Source of the DNA: an uncultured Treponema sp.
GTDB lineage: Bacteria; Spirochaetota; Spirochaetia; Treponematales; Treponemataceae
Length of the DNA stretch: 64,000 nucleotides
Direction of reading: 5' to 3'
NCBI GenBank assembly: GCA_947177175.1
Contig: CAMWTK010000006.1
Span: forward strand, 1,039 to 65,038
A program made the translations under genes and the position numbers. Shown piece after piece: positions 37,154 to 47,779 of this stretch (its first letter is position 1; every line of letters begins with the position of its first letter). Under the pieces are notes generated by a model that was not told where the DNA came from, searched no databases, and worked only from the letters and a program-made list of their open reading frames with translations.

Positions 37154-37942
37154 TTAGTTCGCGGCAGGTGTTACGGTAATCGTTGAAACATCAATTCCGC
37201 CAGTACCATTACCATCGCTTTTTTTCGCTCCGTTTCGGCTGAATACAAGGTAGACCGTGCCTGCGGCACTGACCGTACCCGAAACCGTTTTCTCAGAAGA
37301 TGCCGTCACTTCATCAGTCACGACCGTTCCGAGGACTTTTCCGTCAGCATCTACAAAAGCCACTTGAAACGGACCGCCAGTCGGATTGTCAGAGTCCTTA
37401 GCTCCCTTGAAAGTTACCTCTGCTGTTACCGTTCCTGCGCCGTCAACAGGAATACTGACGTAACGGTCAAGAGAGTCGATTGCGATACCGTTTGAGATGT
37501 CGCTGTCCGCACCGCCGTTGTACTTGAGTGCGGTGATAGTAGGAGCAAGGTCAGATATTGCTCTTTCGTTCTTCTCATGCGTCGCACGGAAACGGAGCGT
37601 TGCCACCTTAGAGCCTTTCCATGAAAGTGAAGCTTCGTTGGTAAGTGCTTTTGTGGTCAATTCTTTTGCTATCGGAGAGTTAATCACATCTTTTGCGCTC
37701 AAGTCCCAATCGCTTATATCAGCGGCAACAATTCCATTTTCTCCGCCCGTGAAGCTGTAAGTCTTCGCAGTTGCAGGAGTGCCTGTTTCCGGCGCAGGTG
37801 CTTCCGGCTTCGGCTTGTCTTTATCGCCGTCTTCGTTCCCGTTACCGCTGTCGCCGTCGTCACTGTCCGAACACCCAATTGCCCCAAAGAGCAATGCCGT
37901 CGCCGCAAACAGCGCGGCGAGCCTAGAAATTTTCTTCATCAT
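37154..37942 (-). CDS. Spirochaetal lipoprotein with beta-rich, CBM-like domain
   Basis: MMKK...FGAIGC lipobox, acidic linker, GGAGG RBS. Confidence 0.8.
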   Translation of the reverse strand: MMKKISRLAALFAATALLFGAIGCSDSDDGDSGNGNEDGDKDKPKPEAPAPETGTPATAKTYSFTGGENGIVAADISDWDLSAKDVINSPIAKELTTKALTNEASLSWKGSKVATLRFRATHEKNERAISDLAPTITALKYNGGADSDISNGIAIDSLDRYVSIPVDGAGTVTAEVTFKGAKDSDNPTGGPFQVAFVDADGKVLGTVVTDEVTASSEKTVSGTVSAAGTVYLVFSRNGAKKSDGNGTGGIDVSTITVTPAAN

Positions 37943-38193
37943 GATTTACCTCCAGATGAAATATGTGATGATTACATCATACTATACACTGTGGAGAATA
38001 TACCGTTTTTTTTGTAGTTTTCCGACCAATTCGCGTGCGTTTTGGCGGGCGTTTTGCTTGTCCCGGCGCAATTTCCACAAAAACGCCCGTCATTTCCGCT
38101 TTCCCCGCGGCGCACCCGTGCCGCAGTGCGATGCGCTGTTTGCCGAGTTTTCGGAGAAAACTCGTTAAGCAAGGCAACGCCTTGCGACGGGTT

Positions 38194-38313
38194 CTTAGGG
38201 CAGTCGCCCTAAGCCGTGCTGGGGAAAGGAGAGGGTTTGGGAGAGGGAAACCCCCGCTTCGGAAGTAGAGGGGTTTCCCTCTCCCAAGAGGTTCCCTCCG
38301 CTTCCAAGCGGAG
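38194..38313 (+). repeat. Dispersed three-hairpin element, copy B
   Basis: Aligns with 21093-21211 with compensatory substitutions. Confidence 0.85.
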
Positions 38314-38398
38314 ATCCCCTACTTGCCTTGTACCCCACAAAATCGTTACTATATAGAAAACGTGTTCGCGCGGAATACCAAGGGCGAAGGAGCGGAAA

Positions 38399-39304
38399 AT
38401 GATTGCATTGCGTGGCGCACTGACGGCGATGGTTACGCCGATGAACGCAGACGGTTCGGTGGATTACGAGGGATTTCGGAAGAACGTGGCGTTCCAGCTG
38501 GAGAAAGGAATCGACGGGCTTGTGCCGCTGGGGACGACGGGCGAGACCCCGACGCTGGCGGAGGACGAAGAAGAGCGGATGATAACGATCGTGTTGGAGG
38601 CCGTGCGCGCGCATGAGGCGCGGACGGGCAGGCGCGTTCCCGTGGTGGTGGGCGCAGGCTCGAACAACACGGCGGATGCGGTGCGCTACTGCACGAGGGC
38701 AAAGGCGATGGGGGCGGACGCGGCACTGGTCGTCACGCCGTACTACAACAAGCCGAGCGACGAGGGCATTTTCCGCCATTTTGAGGCGGTCGCGCGGGTG
38801 GGCATTCCGATTGTGGTGTACAATATTGCGGGGCGCACGGGAAAGAATATTCCCACGCCGCTGCTCGCGCGGATTGCCGCGCTGCCGAATGTCATCGGCG
38901 TGAAAGAGGCGAGCGGCGACATCAGCCAGATGATGGCGGTCATCGCGACGGTCAAGGCGAAGCGTCCCGATTTTGCCGTGCTCAGCGGGGACGACGCGCT
39001 GACCCTGCCGTTGGTCGCGCTGGGCGGCGACGGCATTGTCTCGGTCGTCTCCAACCTTGCCCCCGCCGAGGTGACGGCGATGACGGCGGCCGCGCTTTCC
39101 GGCGACATGGAAAAGGCGCGCGCGCTGCATTACCGGCTGCTGCCGTTCTTTAAGGCGGCGTTCGTGGACGGCAACCCCACGTCAATCAAATATGCGATGA
39201 ACTGCAAGGGAATGCCCGCCGGTACGGTGCGCCTGCCGCTGGTGGAGGTGACCGACGCGGCAAAGCAGGTGATTGCGGACGCGCTGCGGGAAAGCGGGCT
39301 GTAA
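38399..39304 (+). CDS. dapA: 4-hydroxy-tetrahydrodipicolinate synthase
   Basis: GTTGE, PYYNKP, YNIAGRT, GVKEAS, SGDD. Confidence 0.97.
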   Translation: MIALRGALTAMVTPMNADGSVDYEGFRKNVAFQLEKGIDGLVPLGTTGETPTLAEDEEERMITIVLEAVRAHEARTGRRVPVVVGAGSNNTADAVRYCTRAKAMGADAALVVTPYYNKPSDEGIFRHFEAVARVGIPIVVYNIAGRTGKNIPTPLLARIAALPNVIGVKEASGDISQMMAVIATVKAKRPDFAVLSGDDALTLPLVALGGDGIVSVVSNLAPAEVTAMTAAALSGDMEKARALHYRLLPFFKAAFVDGNPTSIKYAMNCKGMPAGTVRLPLVEVTDAAKQVIADALRESGL

Positions 39305-39315
39305 GGAGGAACGGT

Positions 39316-40419
39316 ATGGCAGGAAAGATTGCGGTCGGTGTGCTCGGTGCGACGGGCATGGTCGGGCAGAGATATATCAAGCTGTTGGAGAATCACCCCT
39401 GGTTTGCGGTGACGTATGTGGCGGCAAGCCCGCGCAGCGCGGGAAAGTCGTACCGGGAGGCCGTGGAGAACCGCTGGCTGATTGGCGCGGACATTCCTGC
39501 GGCGGTGGCGGATTTGACGGTGCAGGACGCGAACGATCCCGCGCGGGCGGTCGGCAACTGCGCGTTCGTGTTCAGTGCGCTGGAAATGGGCAAGGATGCA
39601 ATCAAGGCACTGGAGGAATCCTATGCCGCGGCGGGCATTCCCGTGGTCTCGAACGCGAGCGCGAACCGCTGGACGGACGACGTTCCCATGCTCATTCCGG
39701 AAATCAACGCGGCGCATCTGGACATTATCCGCGCGCAGCAGAAGCACCACGGCTGGGACAAGGGCTTTATTGCCGTCAAGCCGAATTGCAGCTTGCAGAC
39801 GTACATGATGCCGCTGTATGCGTTGCAGCGGGCGGGCTATCCCGTCCGGCGCATGGTCGTGACCACGTTGCAGGCGGTCTCCGGCGCGGGCTATCCGGGC
39901 GTGCCGTCGTTCGATATGATTGACAACATCGTGCCGTACATCGGCGGCGAGGAAGAGAAGACCGAGCGTGAGTGCCTCAAGATTCTGGGCGCGGTGAGCG
40001 GCGATAAAATCGTGAATGCGGCCGCGCCGTTGGTTTCGTCCACCTGTACGCGCGTCCCCGTCATTGACGGGCACACCGCGAGCGTGAATCTCGAATTCGA
40101 CCTTGACGGCGGCAAGAAGCCGGGGCTGGAAGAAATCATCGCCATTTGGGAGCAGTTTTCGTCCGTGCCGCAGGAACTCAGGCTGCCGAGCGCGCCGGAA
40201 CACCCGATCGTGTACCGCCGTGAGGACAACCGCCCGCAGCCCAACCGCGACCGCGACACCGAAAAAGGCATGGCGTGCGTACTCGGTCGTTTGCGTCCGT
40301 GCAACGTGTTTGACGTGAAATTCGTTGCGCTCAGCCACAACACCAAGCGCGGCGCGGCGCTCGGCGGCATTCTGAACGCGGAGCTGCTCAAGGCGAACGG
40401 CTTTTTTGACGGGCTGTAG
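39316..40419 (+). CDS. asd: Aspartate-semialdehyde dehydrogenase
   Basis: GATGMVGQ, KPNCS, QAVSGAG, CTRVPVIDGH, HNTKRGAA. Confidence 0.96.
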   Translation: MAGKIAVGVLGATGMVGQRYIKLLENHPWFAVTYVAASPRSAGKSYREAVENRWLIGADIPAAVADLTVQDANDPARAVGNCAFVFSALEMGKDAIKALEESYAAAGIPVVSNASANRWTDDVPMLIPEINAAHLDIIRAQQKHHGWDKGFIAVKPNCSLQTYMMPLYALQRAGYPVRRMVVTTLQAVSGAGYPGVPSFDMIDNIVPYIGGEEEKTERECLKILGAVSGDKIVNAAAPLVSSTCTRVPVIDGHTASVNLEFDLDGGKKPGLEEIIAIWEQFSSVPQELRLPSAPEHPIVYRREDNRPQPNRDRDTEKGMACVLGRLRPCNVFDVKFVALSHNTKRGAALGGILNAELLKANGFFDGL

Positions 40420-40435
40420 CCCGGCAAAAATTGCG

Positions 40436-40464
40436 TTGACCCGAACGGCAACCCGTGGTAAAAT
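40436..40464 (+). promoter_or_regulatory. Sigma70 promoter, probably leaderless
   Basis: TTGACC-17-TAAAAT, 6 nt before ATG 40471. Confidence 0.72.
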
Positions 40465-40470
40465 AGAAGA

Positions 40471-40887
40471 ATGGCAGACTTATTGGTAAGCGTACAGGTC
40501 GATAACCGTGTCGATACGTACATGAATATCCAGCATGGGAAAGTCCAGACGCTTGTCCGTGCGATGAAGCAGAAAGACTGGGCGTTCGTGCTTTCTGTGC
40601 CGGCGATTGAGAAAATCCGTCACAAGTATTGTATCCTGCCGGTCTGGGAAATCGACGATGTGGGGCGGCTGGCGACGGCACGGCGGATTGGCACGTACGT
40701 GTTCAATTTCTCGCTCGTCGAGCAGCGCTCCATGTTCTCAACCACCGATTTTGCCACGCTCGCGGGCGCGCTCAGAAAATCCCGCGAGCCGTTCCGCGGG
40801 TTTGTCGGGCCGCTTCCCCGCGACGAGCTGACGTACCGCATGATGATGATTAACGACGAGCTTTCCATCATGCCCACGCCGCAGTAA
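40471..40887 (+). CDS. Hypothetical protein
   Basis: Typical codon bias, own promoter, lies between asd and lysA. Confidence 0.7.
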   Translation: MADLLVSVQVDNRVDTYMNIQHGKVQTLVRAMKQKDWAFVLSVPAIEKIRHKYCILPVWEIDDVGRLATARRIGTYVFNFSLVEQRSMFSTTDFATLAGALRKSREPFRGFVGPLPRDELTYRMMMINDELSIMPTPQ

Positions 40888-40914
40888 GCGCGCATATCCC
40901 GCAGGAGACAGAGC

Positions 40915-42180
40915 ATGAGTTCATTTTTCCCCCTTTCACACGACGAGTTGGTGCGGCTGACGGAGACATATCCCACGCCGTTTTATCTGTACGATGAACA
41001 GGCTATCCGTGAGAATTTCCGTTCGTTCAAGGACGCATTCAGTATCTTCCCGCAGTTCCGCGAGTTCTTTGCGGTCAAGGCGTGTCCCAACCCGTATATC
41101 CTGAAAGTGCTTGCGAGCGAGGGCTGCGGGGCGGACTGTTCGAGCATGCCGGAGCTGATGCTCGCACAGCGCGCCGGCATAGCGGGCGACATGGTGATGT
41201 TCACGTCGAACGAAACGCCGGCGGAAGAATACCGGTTCGCGGCGGAGGCGGGCAACATCATCAACCTTGACGACGTGACGCACATCGATTTTTTGGAGCA
41301 GTCGCTCGGAAAACTGCCCGACACGATTTGTTTCCGCTATAATCCCGGCCCGCTCAAGCAGGGCGGGAACGCGATTATCGGCAAGCCGGAGGAGGCGAAG
41401 TACGGCTGTACGCGCGAGCAGCTGCTTGCGGCATATACGCGGTGCAAGGCGGCGGGCGTGCGGCGGTTCGGGCTGCACACGATGGTCGCCTCGAACGAGC
41501 TGAATCCCGACTTCTTTGTGGACACCGCCCGGATTGTCTTTGATCTGGTGCTGGAAATCCAGCGCGAATGCGGCGTGGACATTTCGTTCGTGGATTTGGG
41601 CGGCGGTGTCGGCATTCCGTACCGCCCCGACCAGAAGAAAGTCGATGTGGCGTACATTGCCCGGAAAATCCGCGCGCTCTACGACGAGAAAATCGTCCCC
41701 GCCGGGCTTGACCCGCTGATGATCAGCCTTGAGTGCGGCCGCCCGATTACCGGGCCGTATGGCTGGCTCGTCATGCGCGCCGTCCATGAAAAGCATATTT
41801 ACCGCGAGTACATCGGCACGGACGCCTGCATGGCGGATTTAATGCGCCCCGGCATGTACGGCGCGTACCACGAGCTGACGGTGAGCGGCAAGGAACACGC
41901 GCCCAAGGATCACGTGTATGACGTGGTGGGAAGCCTGTGCGAGAACTGCGACAAATTCGCCGTGCAGCGTCCGCTCCCCAAAATCGACCGGGGCGACCTG
42001 CTCATCGTGCACGACGCGGGCGCGCACGGGCGGGCGATGGGCTTCAATTACAACGGCAAGTTGCGCGCGGGGGAAATCCTGCGCCGCACGGACGGGTCGT
42101 TCCTGCAAATCCGGCGCAGGGAGACGATAGAAGATTATTTTGCGACGCTCGATTTTTCCGGGCTTGACCAGTTCTGTTAA
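40915..42180 (+). CDS. lysA: Diaminopimelate decarboxylase
   Basis: FAVKACPN (PLP Lys), DLGGG, ECGR, GSLCE. Confidence 0.95.
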   Translation: MSSFFPLSHDELVRLTETYPTPFYLYDEQAIRENFRSFKDAFSIFPQFREFFAVKACPNPYILKVLASEGCGADCSSMPELMLAQRAGIAGDMVMFTSNETPAEEYRFAAEAGNIINLDDVTHIDFLEQSLGKLPDTICFRYNPGPLKQGGNAIIGKPEEAKYGCTREQLLAAYTRCKAAGVRRFGLHTMVASNELNPDFFVDTARIVFDLVLEIQRECGVDISFVDLGGGVGIPYRPDQKKVDVAYIARKIRALYDEKIVPAGLDPLMISLECGRPITGPYGWLVMRAVHEKHIYREYIGTDACMADLMRPGMYGAYHELTVSGKEHAPKDHVYDVVGSLCENCDKFAVQRPLPKIDRGDLLIVHDAGAHGRAMGFNYNGKLRAGEILRRTDGSFLQIRRRETIEDYFATLDFSGLDQFC

Positions 42181-42195
42181 TTTGGGGGAGGCGGT

Positions 42196-42603
42196 ATGAC
42201 GGAGAAAGTCGTATGGGACGACAGCTATCTGCTCGGCATTCCTGAGATTGACAGCCAGCACAAAAAACTGCTCGTAATCGCGAACGAGCTGTATGAGATT
42301 GCGGCGGGTTCGCCCGACTCGTACCGGCTCAAGATGTCGGCCGCGCTGAAAAAACTGACGGACTACACGGTCTATCATTTTTCGAGCGAGGAAGCTTTCA
42401 TGCGCTCGTGCGGGTATGCGGGAACGGACGCGCACAAGACTGCGCACGACAATTTTGTGCGTGAGGTGAGCTTCCAGGTACAGCAGCTTTCGTCCGACAA
42501 CATCGAGGACGGCATCCGCTTCTACGCATACGTGGCGAACTGGGTCCTGAACCACATCGCAAAGGCGGACAAAATCTGGGCCGCCGCCGTCAAAGCGTCG
42601 TAG
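42196..42603 (+). CDS. Bacteriohemerythrin
   Basis: IDSQH, HFSSEE, HKTAH, HIAKAD iron ligands. Confidence 0.93.
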   Translation: MTEKVVWDDSYLLGIPEIDSQHKKLLVIANELYEIAAGSPDSYRLKMSAALKKLTDYTVYHFSSEEAFMRSCGYAGTDAHKTAHDNFVREVSFQVQQLSSDNIEDGIRFYAYVANWVLNHIAKADKIWAAAVKAS

Positions 42604-42726
42604 GATCGGCGCGGGTTTTCTTTTCAGGTTGTTTTCTCTTTTTGTGCATGACAAGGGCGGATTGGTCTTTGTCGGTCGGCTCATCGCGCATGAGGCTGAC
42701 CGTGCGGTATTTTTTCCCGCGCGCTC

Positions 42727-42776
42727 CGCAGACAAAAAACGCCGGAGGACAGGGAAGCCGGGAGGAAGCCGATAGC
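42727..42776 (+). repeat. About 50 bp dispersed repeat, copy 1
   Basis: About 42/50 identical to 54178-54226. Confidence 0.6.
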
Positions 42777-42830
42777 ACATCGCGCCGCCGTCTGCTAGTC
42801 ATGTCCGCCGTTCTGTGCTATACTGCTTGC

Positions 42831-45095
42831 ATGGCAGAATTATTGGCACCCGCCGGGAATCCGGAGGCATTGGATGCCGCAATCGGCGAGGGCGCGGACG
42901 CGGTGTATTTGGGGCTGAAAAGTTTTAACGCGCGGTTGCGCTCGGCAAACTTCGCATGGAACCAGTTTGAGGGCGCGGTGCAGTCGCTGCACCGGATGGG
43001 AAAGAAAATCTATGTGACCGTCAATACCGTAAGCGAGGAGCGCGAGACCGAACGCCTGTACCGCTTTCTTGCCTATCTGAACCGGGTCGGACCTGACGGG
43101 CTTATCGTGCAGGACTTGGGCGTGGTGCGGATGTGCCAGGAGTTTTTCCCCGATCTTGTCCTGCACGGCTCGACGCAGATGAACGTGGCGAGCGCGGCGG
43201 GCGTGAATCTGCTCGCAAAAGAGGGGCTGAAGCGCGTCGTCGTTGCCCGCGAGCTGGGCTTGGAAGAGCTGCGGGCAATCAAGGCGCGCACGTCCGCGGA
43301 ACTTGAGGTGTTCGTGCACGGCGCGCTGTGCGTGAGCGAGAGCGGGCTGTGCCTGTTCTCCAGTTTTCTGGGCGGCAAGTCCGCCAACCGGGGTATGTGT
43401 ACGCAGGCCTGCCGCCGCTTCTACACGGCGGAAATGGGTGAGGGAACGGAGCAGGGCTACTATTTTTCCCCGTCGGACTTGCAGTTGATTGACCATATCC
43501 CCGACCTCATGGAGCTGGGGGTGGAGTCGTTCAAGATTGAGGGGCGCATGAAGAGCGCGGAGTACGTCGGCTCGGTCGTGGCCGCCTACCGTTACCTGAT
43601 GGATCACTGGCAGGAGGACAAGAAAGGTTCGGTCGCCGCCGCCAAGCGTATGCTCGCCACCGATTTTGCCCGCGCCAAGACATCGTACTGGTTCGGCTTC
43701 AAGACGGGCGCGGCGGGCGTGGACGGCGCGGGCGATGCCATACTGAATCCCCGGCAGGCGGGCGGCACGGGCATCTATTTGGGAGTCATCGACCGCATAC
43801 AGACTGCCGCGCCGCGCGTGCAGGAAGATGCCGCCGCCGAGCCGGTGCGCATGGCATGCCTCAGGGGCGGGTCGTATGAGCCGGATGCCGGTGATTCCGT
43901 CCGTCTGCACCGCAAGGACGACAGCGGGCGCGAAAGCCACAAGGTGCGCACCGTGCAGACCGACGACAAGGGCAACCGCTGGATTGATATTCCGGCGGGC
44001 TTTTCCTGCGGCGATTCCGTGTACCTGCTCCAGACCAAGGCGATGTCAAAGCGGTATGCCCGCGTGTTGCCCGCCGACATCGGGCGGTTCCGCCGACAGC
44101 CGGGCGCGGAAAAACTGCCCGTGCTCGACCTCACGCCGGTGGAAAAGAACGAGCTTTCGTATTTTCCCGCGGGGCTGTACATGCAGGTTTCCACCGTCAG
44201 CGATATGTTCGCCGTGCAGTCGCAGCACCCCGTCCGCGTCATTCTGGAGCTGAACTTTGAGACCAAGGCGGACTTGCTTGACCTGAAGATGACGCTGCCG
44301 TTCTCAAAGCGGCAGATTATCATCTCGCTCGACCCGTACTGCCCGGCGGCGACCGAGGACGACCTTGCCGTCACCCTTGACCACTGCATTGCGAACGGAT
44401 TTACTACGTTTGTGGCGAACAATATCGCGCATATCGCCCTGCTCCGGGGCAAGGGCGTGAACATTATTGCCGGACCGTACCTGTATACGTTCAACCGCTG
44501 GGCGGTCAGTTGGCTGGAGAATCAGGACATCGGCGCATTCATCACGCCGATTGAGAATTCGTATGCCAACTTGCAGGCGACGTTTGAGAAAAACGTGCGC
44601 GACCGTGTGCTGGTGACGACCTATGCCTATCCCGCGCTGTTCAGAATGCGGTTCAAGCTGCCCAAAAGCTACGACTTCACCTATTTTACCGACAAAGAGG
44701 AGATGGAATTCAAGGTGAATTCCACGCCCGACGGTTCGTTCGTCATGCCCGAAGCGCCATTCTCTATCGTGGACAAAATCGAAATGCTTGACCACGAGGG
44801 CTTCCACCGCGTACTCATCGATTTTTCCAAGACAAAGGTGAGCCGGGGCGAGCTGAAGCTGGTAAAGACGGCGATGCTCAAGAAGCTGCCCGTTCCCGAA
44901 ACGTCACGGTTCAACTGGAAGGACGGCTTTTACAGTCCCGAACGCATGGAAGAGTACCGCGCGAGCAATGAGCGCGCCGCCGAACGATCCGCGCAGTCCG
45001 CGCGCGGCGGTGCGGGTTCTGCCGCCCGGCAGGGGCGGGGCGCAAAGCGTGGCGGCGCAAAAGGGAACGGACGGCGCGGGAAGCGTGTGCCGTAA
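42831..45095 (+). CDS. U32 family protein (RNA hydroxylation type)
   Basis: ELLAPAG, HGSTQ, HGALC...NRGMCTQACR, KIEGRMK. Confidence 0.9.
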   Translation: MAELLAPAGNPEALDAAIGEGADAVYLGLKSFNARLRSANFAWNQFEGAVQSLHRMGKKIYVTVNTVSEERETERLYRFLAYLNRVGPDGLIVQDLGVVRMCQEFFPDLVLHGSTQMNVASAAGVNLLAKEGLKRVVVARELGLEELRAIKARTSAELEVFVHGALCVSESGLCLFSSFLGGKSANRGMCTQACRRFYTAEMGEGTEQGYYFSPSDLQLIDHIPDLMELGVESFKIEGRMKSAEYVGSVVAAYRYLMDHWQEDKKGSVAAAKRMLATDFARAKTSYWFGFKTGAAGVDGAGDAILNPRQAGGTGIYLGVIDRIQTAAPRVQEDAAAEPVRMACLRGGSYEPDAGDSVRLHRKDDSGRESHKVRTVQTDDKGNRWIDIPAGFSCGDSVYLLQTKAMSKRYARVLPADIGRFRRQPGAEKLPVLDLTPVEKNELSYFPAGLYMQVSTVSDMFAVQSQHPVRVILELNFETKADLLDLKMTLPFSKRQIIISLDPYCPAATEDDLAVTLDHCIANGFTTFVANNIAHIALLRGKGVNIIAGPYLYTFNRWAVSWLENQDIGAFITPIENSYANLQATFEKNVRDRVLVTTYAYPALFRMRFKLPKSYDFTYFTDKEEMEFKVNSTPDGSFVMPEAPFSIVDKIEMLDHEGFHRVLIDFSKTKVSRGELKLVKTAMLKKLPVPETSRFNWKDGFYSPERMEEYRASNERAAERSAQSARGGAGSAARQGRGAKRGGAKGNGRRGKRVP

Positions 45096-45143
45096 CCGGG
45101 CGGACTACGTACCCGGTCGCGGAGCGTCCTCCCGCGCCGCCGG

Positions 45144-45629
45144 TCAGAACACGGTTTCGCCGGCCTCCTGTTCGGCGCGCCGTCCTGCCGCCGCCGTGCG
45201 CAGGTTCGCGATTTCCGCGTCGGCATCTTCTTCGTAATTGTCCGCAAACGGCATCGCTTCTGCCGTGCCGTCCGCGTTTCCGTCGCCCTGTCTGCGCGGC
45301 ACGGGCTTGAAGTCCAGGTGTTCCGCCACGATAAGCACTTTGCTCATCGCCTTGCCGTCGGCGGTGCGCCAGCGGTTCTGCTTGAGCCTGCCGACCACGC
45401 GCACGCCGCGTCCTTTCCATCCGCATTTTTCAATGCTGTTGGCCAGTTTTTCGCCCCATGCCTCCACGTCATAGTAGCCCACTTCGTCGATTTCCGCGCC
45501 GTCGCGCCCTTTGTAGGAGCGGTTGACGGCAATCGGCATGACGCACACGCGGTTTCCGTTGGGCGTGTCTTTTACCAGGGGAGCGCGGACGACGTTCCCC
45601 TCCAGGATGATTTGGTTCATTCCATTCAT
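45144..45629 (-). CDS. ssb: Single-stranded DNA-binding protein
   Basis: NQIILEGN, IAVNR, VEAW, VVGRL; acidic tail. Confidence 0.9.
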   Translation of the reverse strand: MNGMNQIILEGNVVRAPLVKDTPNGNRVCVMPIAVNRSYKGRDGAEIDEVGYYDVEAWGEKLANSIEKCGWKGRGVRVVGRLKQNRWRTADGKAMSKVLIVAEHLDFKPVPRRQGDGNADGTAEAMPFADNYEEDADAEIANLRTAAAGRRAEQEAGETVF

Positions 45630-45763
45630 ACGCATTTCTCCGTTCGTTCCGGCCGGAACAAAAAATACGCGCGGGCGTTTCTGCCCGCACGTCTTCTTAT
45701 AGACACTGAAATGCAAAAATGACCGCTTTTTGTGAAAAAAAATGCAAAAATTTTCGCGGCGGC

Positions 45764-47695
45764 TTAGGTCGGGATGTTTTTTATCAGCTTGACGATATAC
45801 AGCTGCGTGTACATGAACAGTGCGTCGCGGTTCTTAATTTTTTGCAGCCCCCGCGCGGAGGCAATCGTCTCCGCCATGTTCTTGATGCGGTCAACGGTGA
45901 GCGAGGTCGATTTGAACGAGCGCAGGCTCTTGCGCACGTAGTCGCGGATGAGCGTGTTGACGTCCTCGGTCAGGTTGGCGTTGCTTTCCTTGCCGATGAG
46001 GTGATTCCACTGGCGGCAGTACGATTCCAGCTCCCGGTCAAGGGTCGATGAGCGCGGCACCAGGTCCTGCTCGGCATCGCGGGCGGCTTCGCGCAGGGCA
46101 ATCTTTTTGCTCACGTTCGGGTTCTTCGCAATCTCGGCATCCGCCGCGTCCTGCCGCCGCTTTTCCGCCTCGCTTTCGCGGTACTGCTCGGCGGAGTTCT
46201 TGTGCTTTGCCGCGCTTTTCTTGGACGACCCCGTGAACAGCTTGGCGAGCCATGAGATGAGGGGCATGGTGTACCAGAACGGGAGTAGCATCCGCGTGCC
46301 CGTGTACAGTTCGGCGCGGTTCATCAGCAGAAGCTCGCTGTAGGGGACGAGGTTGCCGTTCTCATACAGCATGACCCGCTGTTCCGTCTCGTCGCCGCGC
46401 TCGCTTGCAATGAGCGGCAGGAAACTGGCGTGCAGCAGCGCGTACAGCAGCGGTACTTGCTCCTGCACTTCCCGCTCCACGCGCCGCTCAAAGTCGTCCT
46501 GGTTCTTCATTTCGGGAAGCGTCTGGTAGTTGCGCATGACGGAATCCCAGTGCTTGATGATGGTGTCCCTGACGGTCACGCGGGCATCGGCGCACAGGCG
46601 CACGATGAGCGGCATGACTTTGTTCTTGAAGATAAAATACCGCTCGTTGTCGGCGGTCTTGAAGATGAGCAGGTCGGGCAGGTCGTCCCCGCCGCTCTGC
46701 GTCGATTTTGACTGGATCCAGGATTTGAGTTCCTCTTCGCTGTAGGAGCTGAGCAGCGGCGCGCCTTTTGCGTCGCAGAATTTGATGATCGCGTCAACCG
46801 TGAACGCATAGGGCGGACGCTGCATCTGCTCCTTGAGCGCGGCGAATGCCGCCGCTTTCTGGTCGTCCTCATGTGCCTTGGTCTTGTAATAGTTGGCGGC
46901 AAGCTCGACGATTGTTATCGCCTGCAAGCGGGAAATGTCATCGCTCGTGTATTCCTTGATTTTCTCATAGTCCTGCCGGATAAAATAGCAGAGCTGATTC
47001 CACAGGTAGAACAACTCGCCCGATTCCTGCAACAGTTCCATGCCGGAGTCGGGCTGGTCGGCGAATTTGTTGAAGAAATTTTTTGCCGACATCTCACGCC
47101 CCGGATTGGAAATCGTCATCTTCTTGAGGAAATAGTCGTGGTGGTCGCCCTTTGACAGCAGCAGGCGGATTTTTGCCAGGCTCGCCGCAATGAGCAGCGA
47201 CGCGGGAACGCTCGACGGCAGCAGGATAGGCGGCATGTCGTTGGGGAGCATCAAAGCATAGAGTGTCTTGTCGCTCGTCTCCGGCTGGTCGAGCAGCGCG
47301 TACAGCAAATTGGTCGCGTCCTGGCGTGAGACGATTTCCTGCGGCACACTTTTGGGCAGGTCACTGGGCGACGGGAACGGCTGCCCCGGATTGGCGATTA
47401 AGTCTTTGTAGCGGTCGGCAAAGCGGTCAATGTAGAACGGCACGACCACGATGCCCTGCTTGCCGGGCGCGGTATCGATGACGGTGACCTGCCGGCTCTC
47501 CGCCAGTTTTGCCAGCTCGGTCTGCAACGGCGGCACAGGGTCGGTCAGGTAGGCGGCAAGAACCGGCTGTTCGTCCAGATGGTGCTCCGCATACCGTTTG
47601 AGGTATTCGACGAAATCACCGTATGCAACGATGCCATCGCCTTGCTTTCCCGCAAAGAATTTGAGCAGGGTAAGGATATTTGCCGTTGTCGCCAT
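45764..47695 (-). CDS. Large hypothetical protein
   Basis: 643 aa ORF with core codon bias and its own -10 element. Confidence 0.8.
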   Translation of the reverse strand: MATTANILTLLKFFAGKQGDGIVAYGDFVEYLKRYAEHHLDEQPVLAAYLTDPVPPLQTELAKLAESRQVTVIDTAPGKQGIVVVPFYIDRFADRYKDLIANPGQPFPSPSDLPKSVPQEIVSRQDATNLLYALLDQPETSDKTLYALMLPNDMPPILLPSSVPASLLIAASLAKIRLLLSKGDHHDYFLKKMTISNPGREMSAKNFFNKFADQPDSGMELLQESGELFYLWNQLCYFIRQDYEKIKEYTSDDISRLQAITIVELAANYYKTKAHEDDQKAAAFAALKEQMQRPPYAFTVDAIIKFCDAKGAPLLSSYSEEELKSWIQSKSTQSGGDDLPDLLIFKTADNERYFIFKNKVMPLIVRLCADARVTVRDTIIKHWDSVMRNYQTLPEMKNQDDFERRVEREVQEQVPLLYALLHASFLPLIASERGDETEQRVMLYENGNLVPYSELLLMNRAELYTGTRMLLPFWYTMPLISWLAKLFTGSSKKSAAKHKNSAEQYRESEAEKRRQDAADAEIAKNPNVSKKIALREAARDAEQDLVPRSSTLDRELESYCRQWNHLIGKESNANLTEDVNTLIRDYVRKSLRSFKSTSLTVDRIKNMAETIASARGLQKIKNRDALFMYTQLYIVKLIKNIPT

Positions 47696-47779
47696 ATCGT
47701 CAGTGTAGCATAAAACGCGGGGGTCTTACAAGTATGCGCATACGTAGATTATTTTCCCGTATCGCGCTATACTGTGCGT

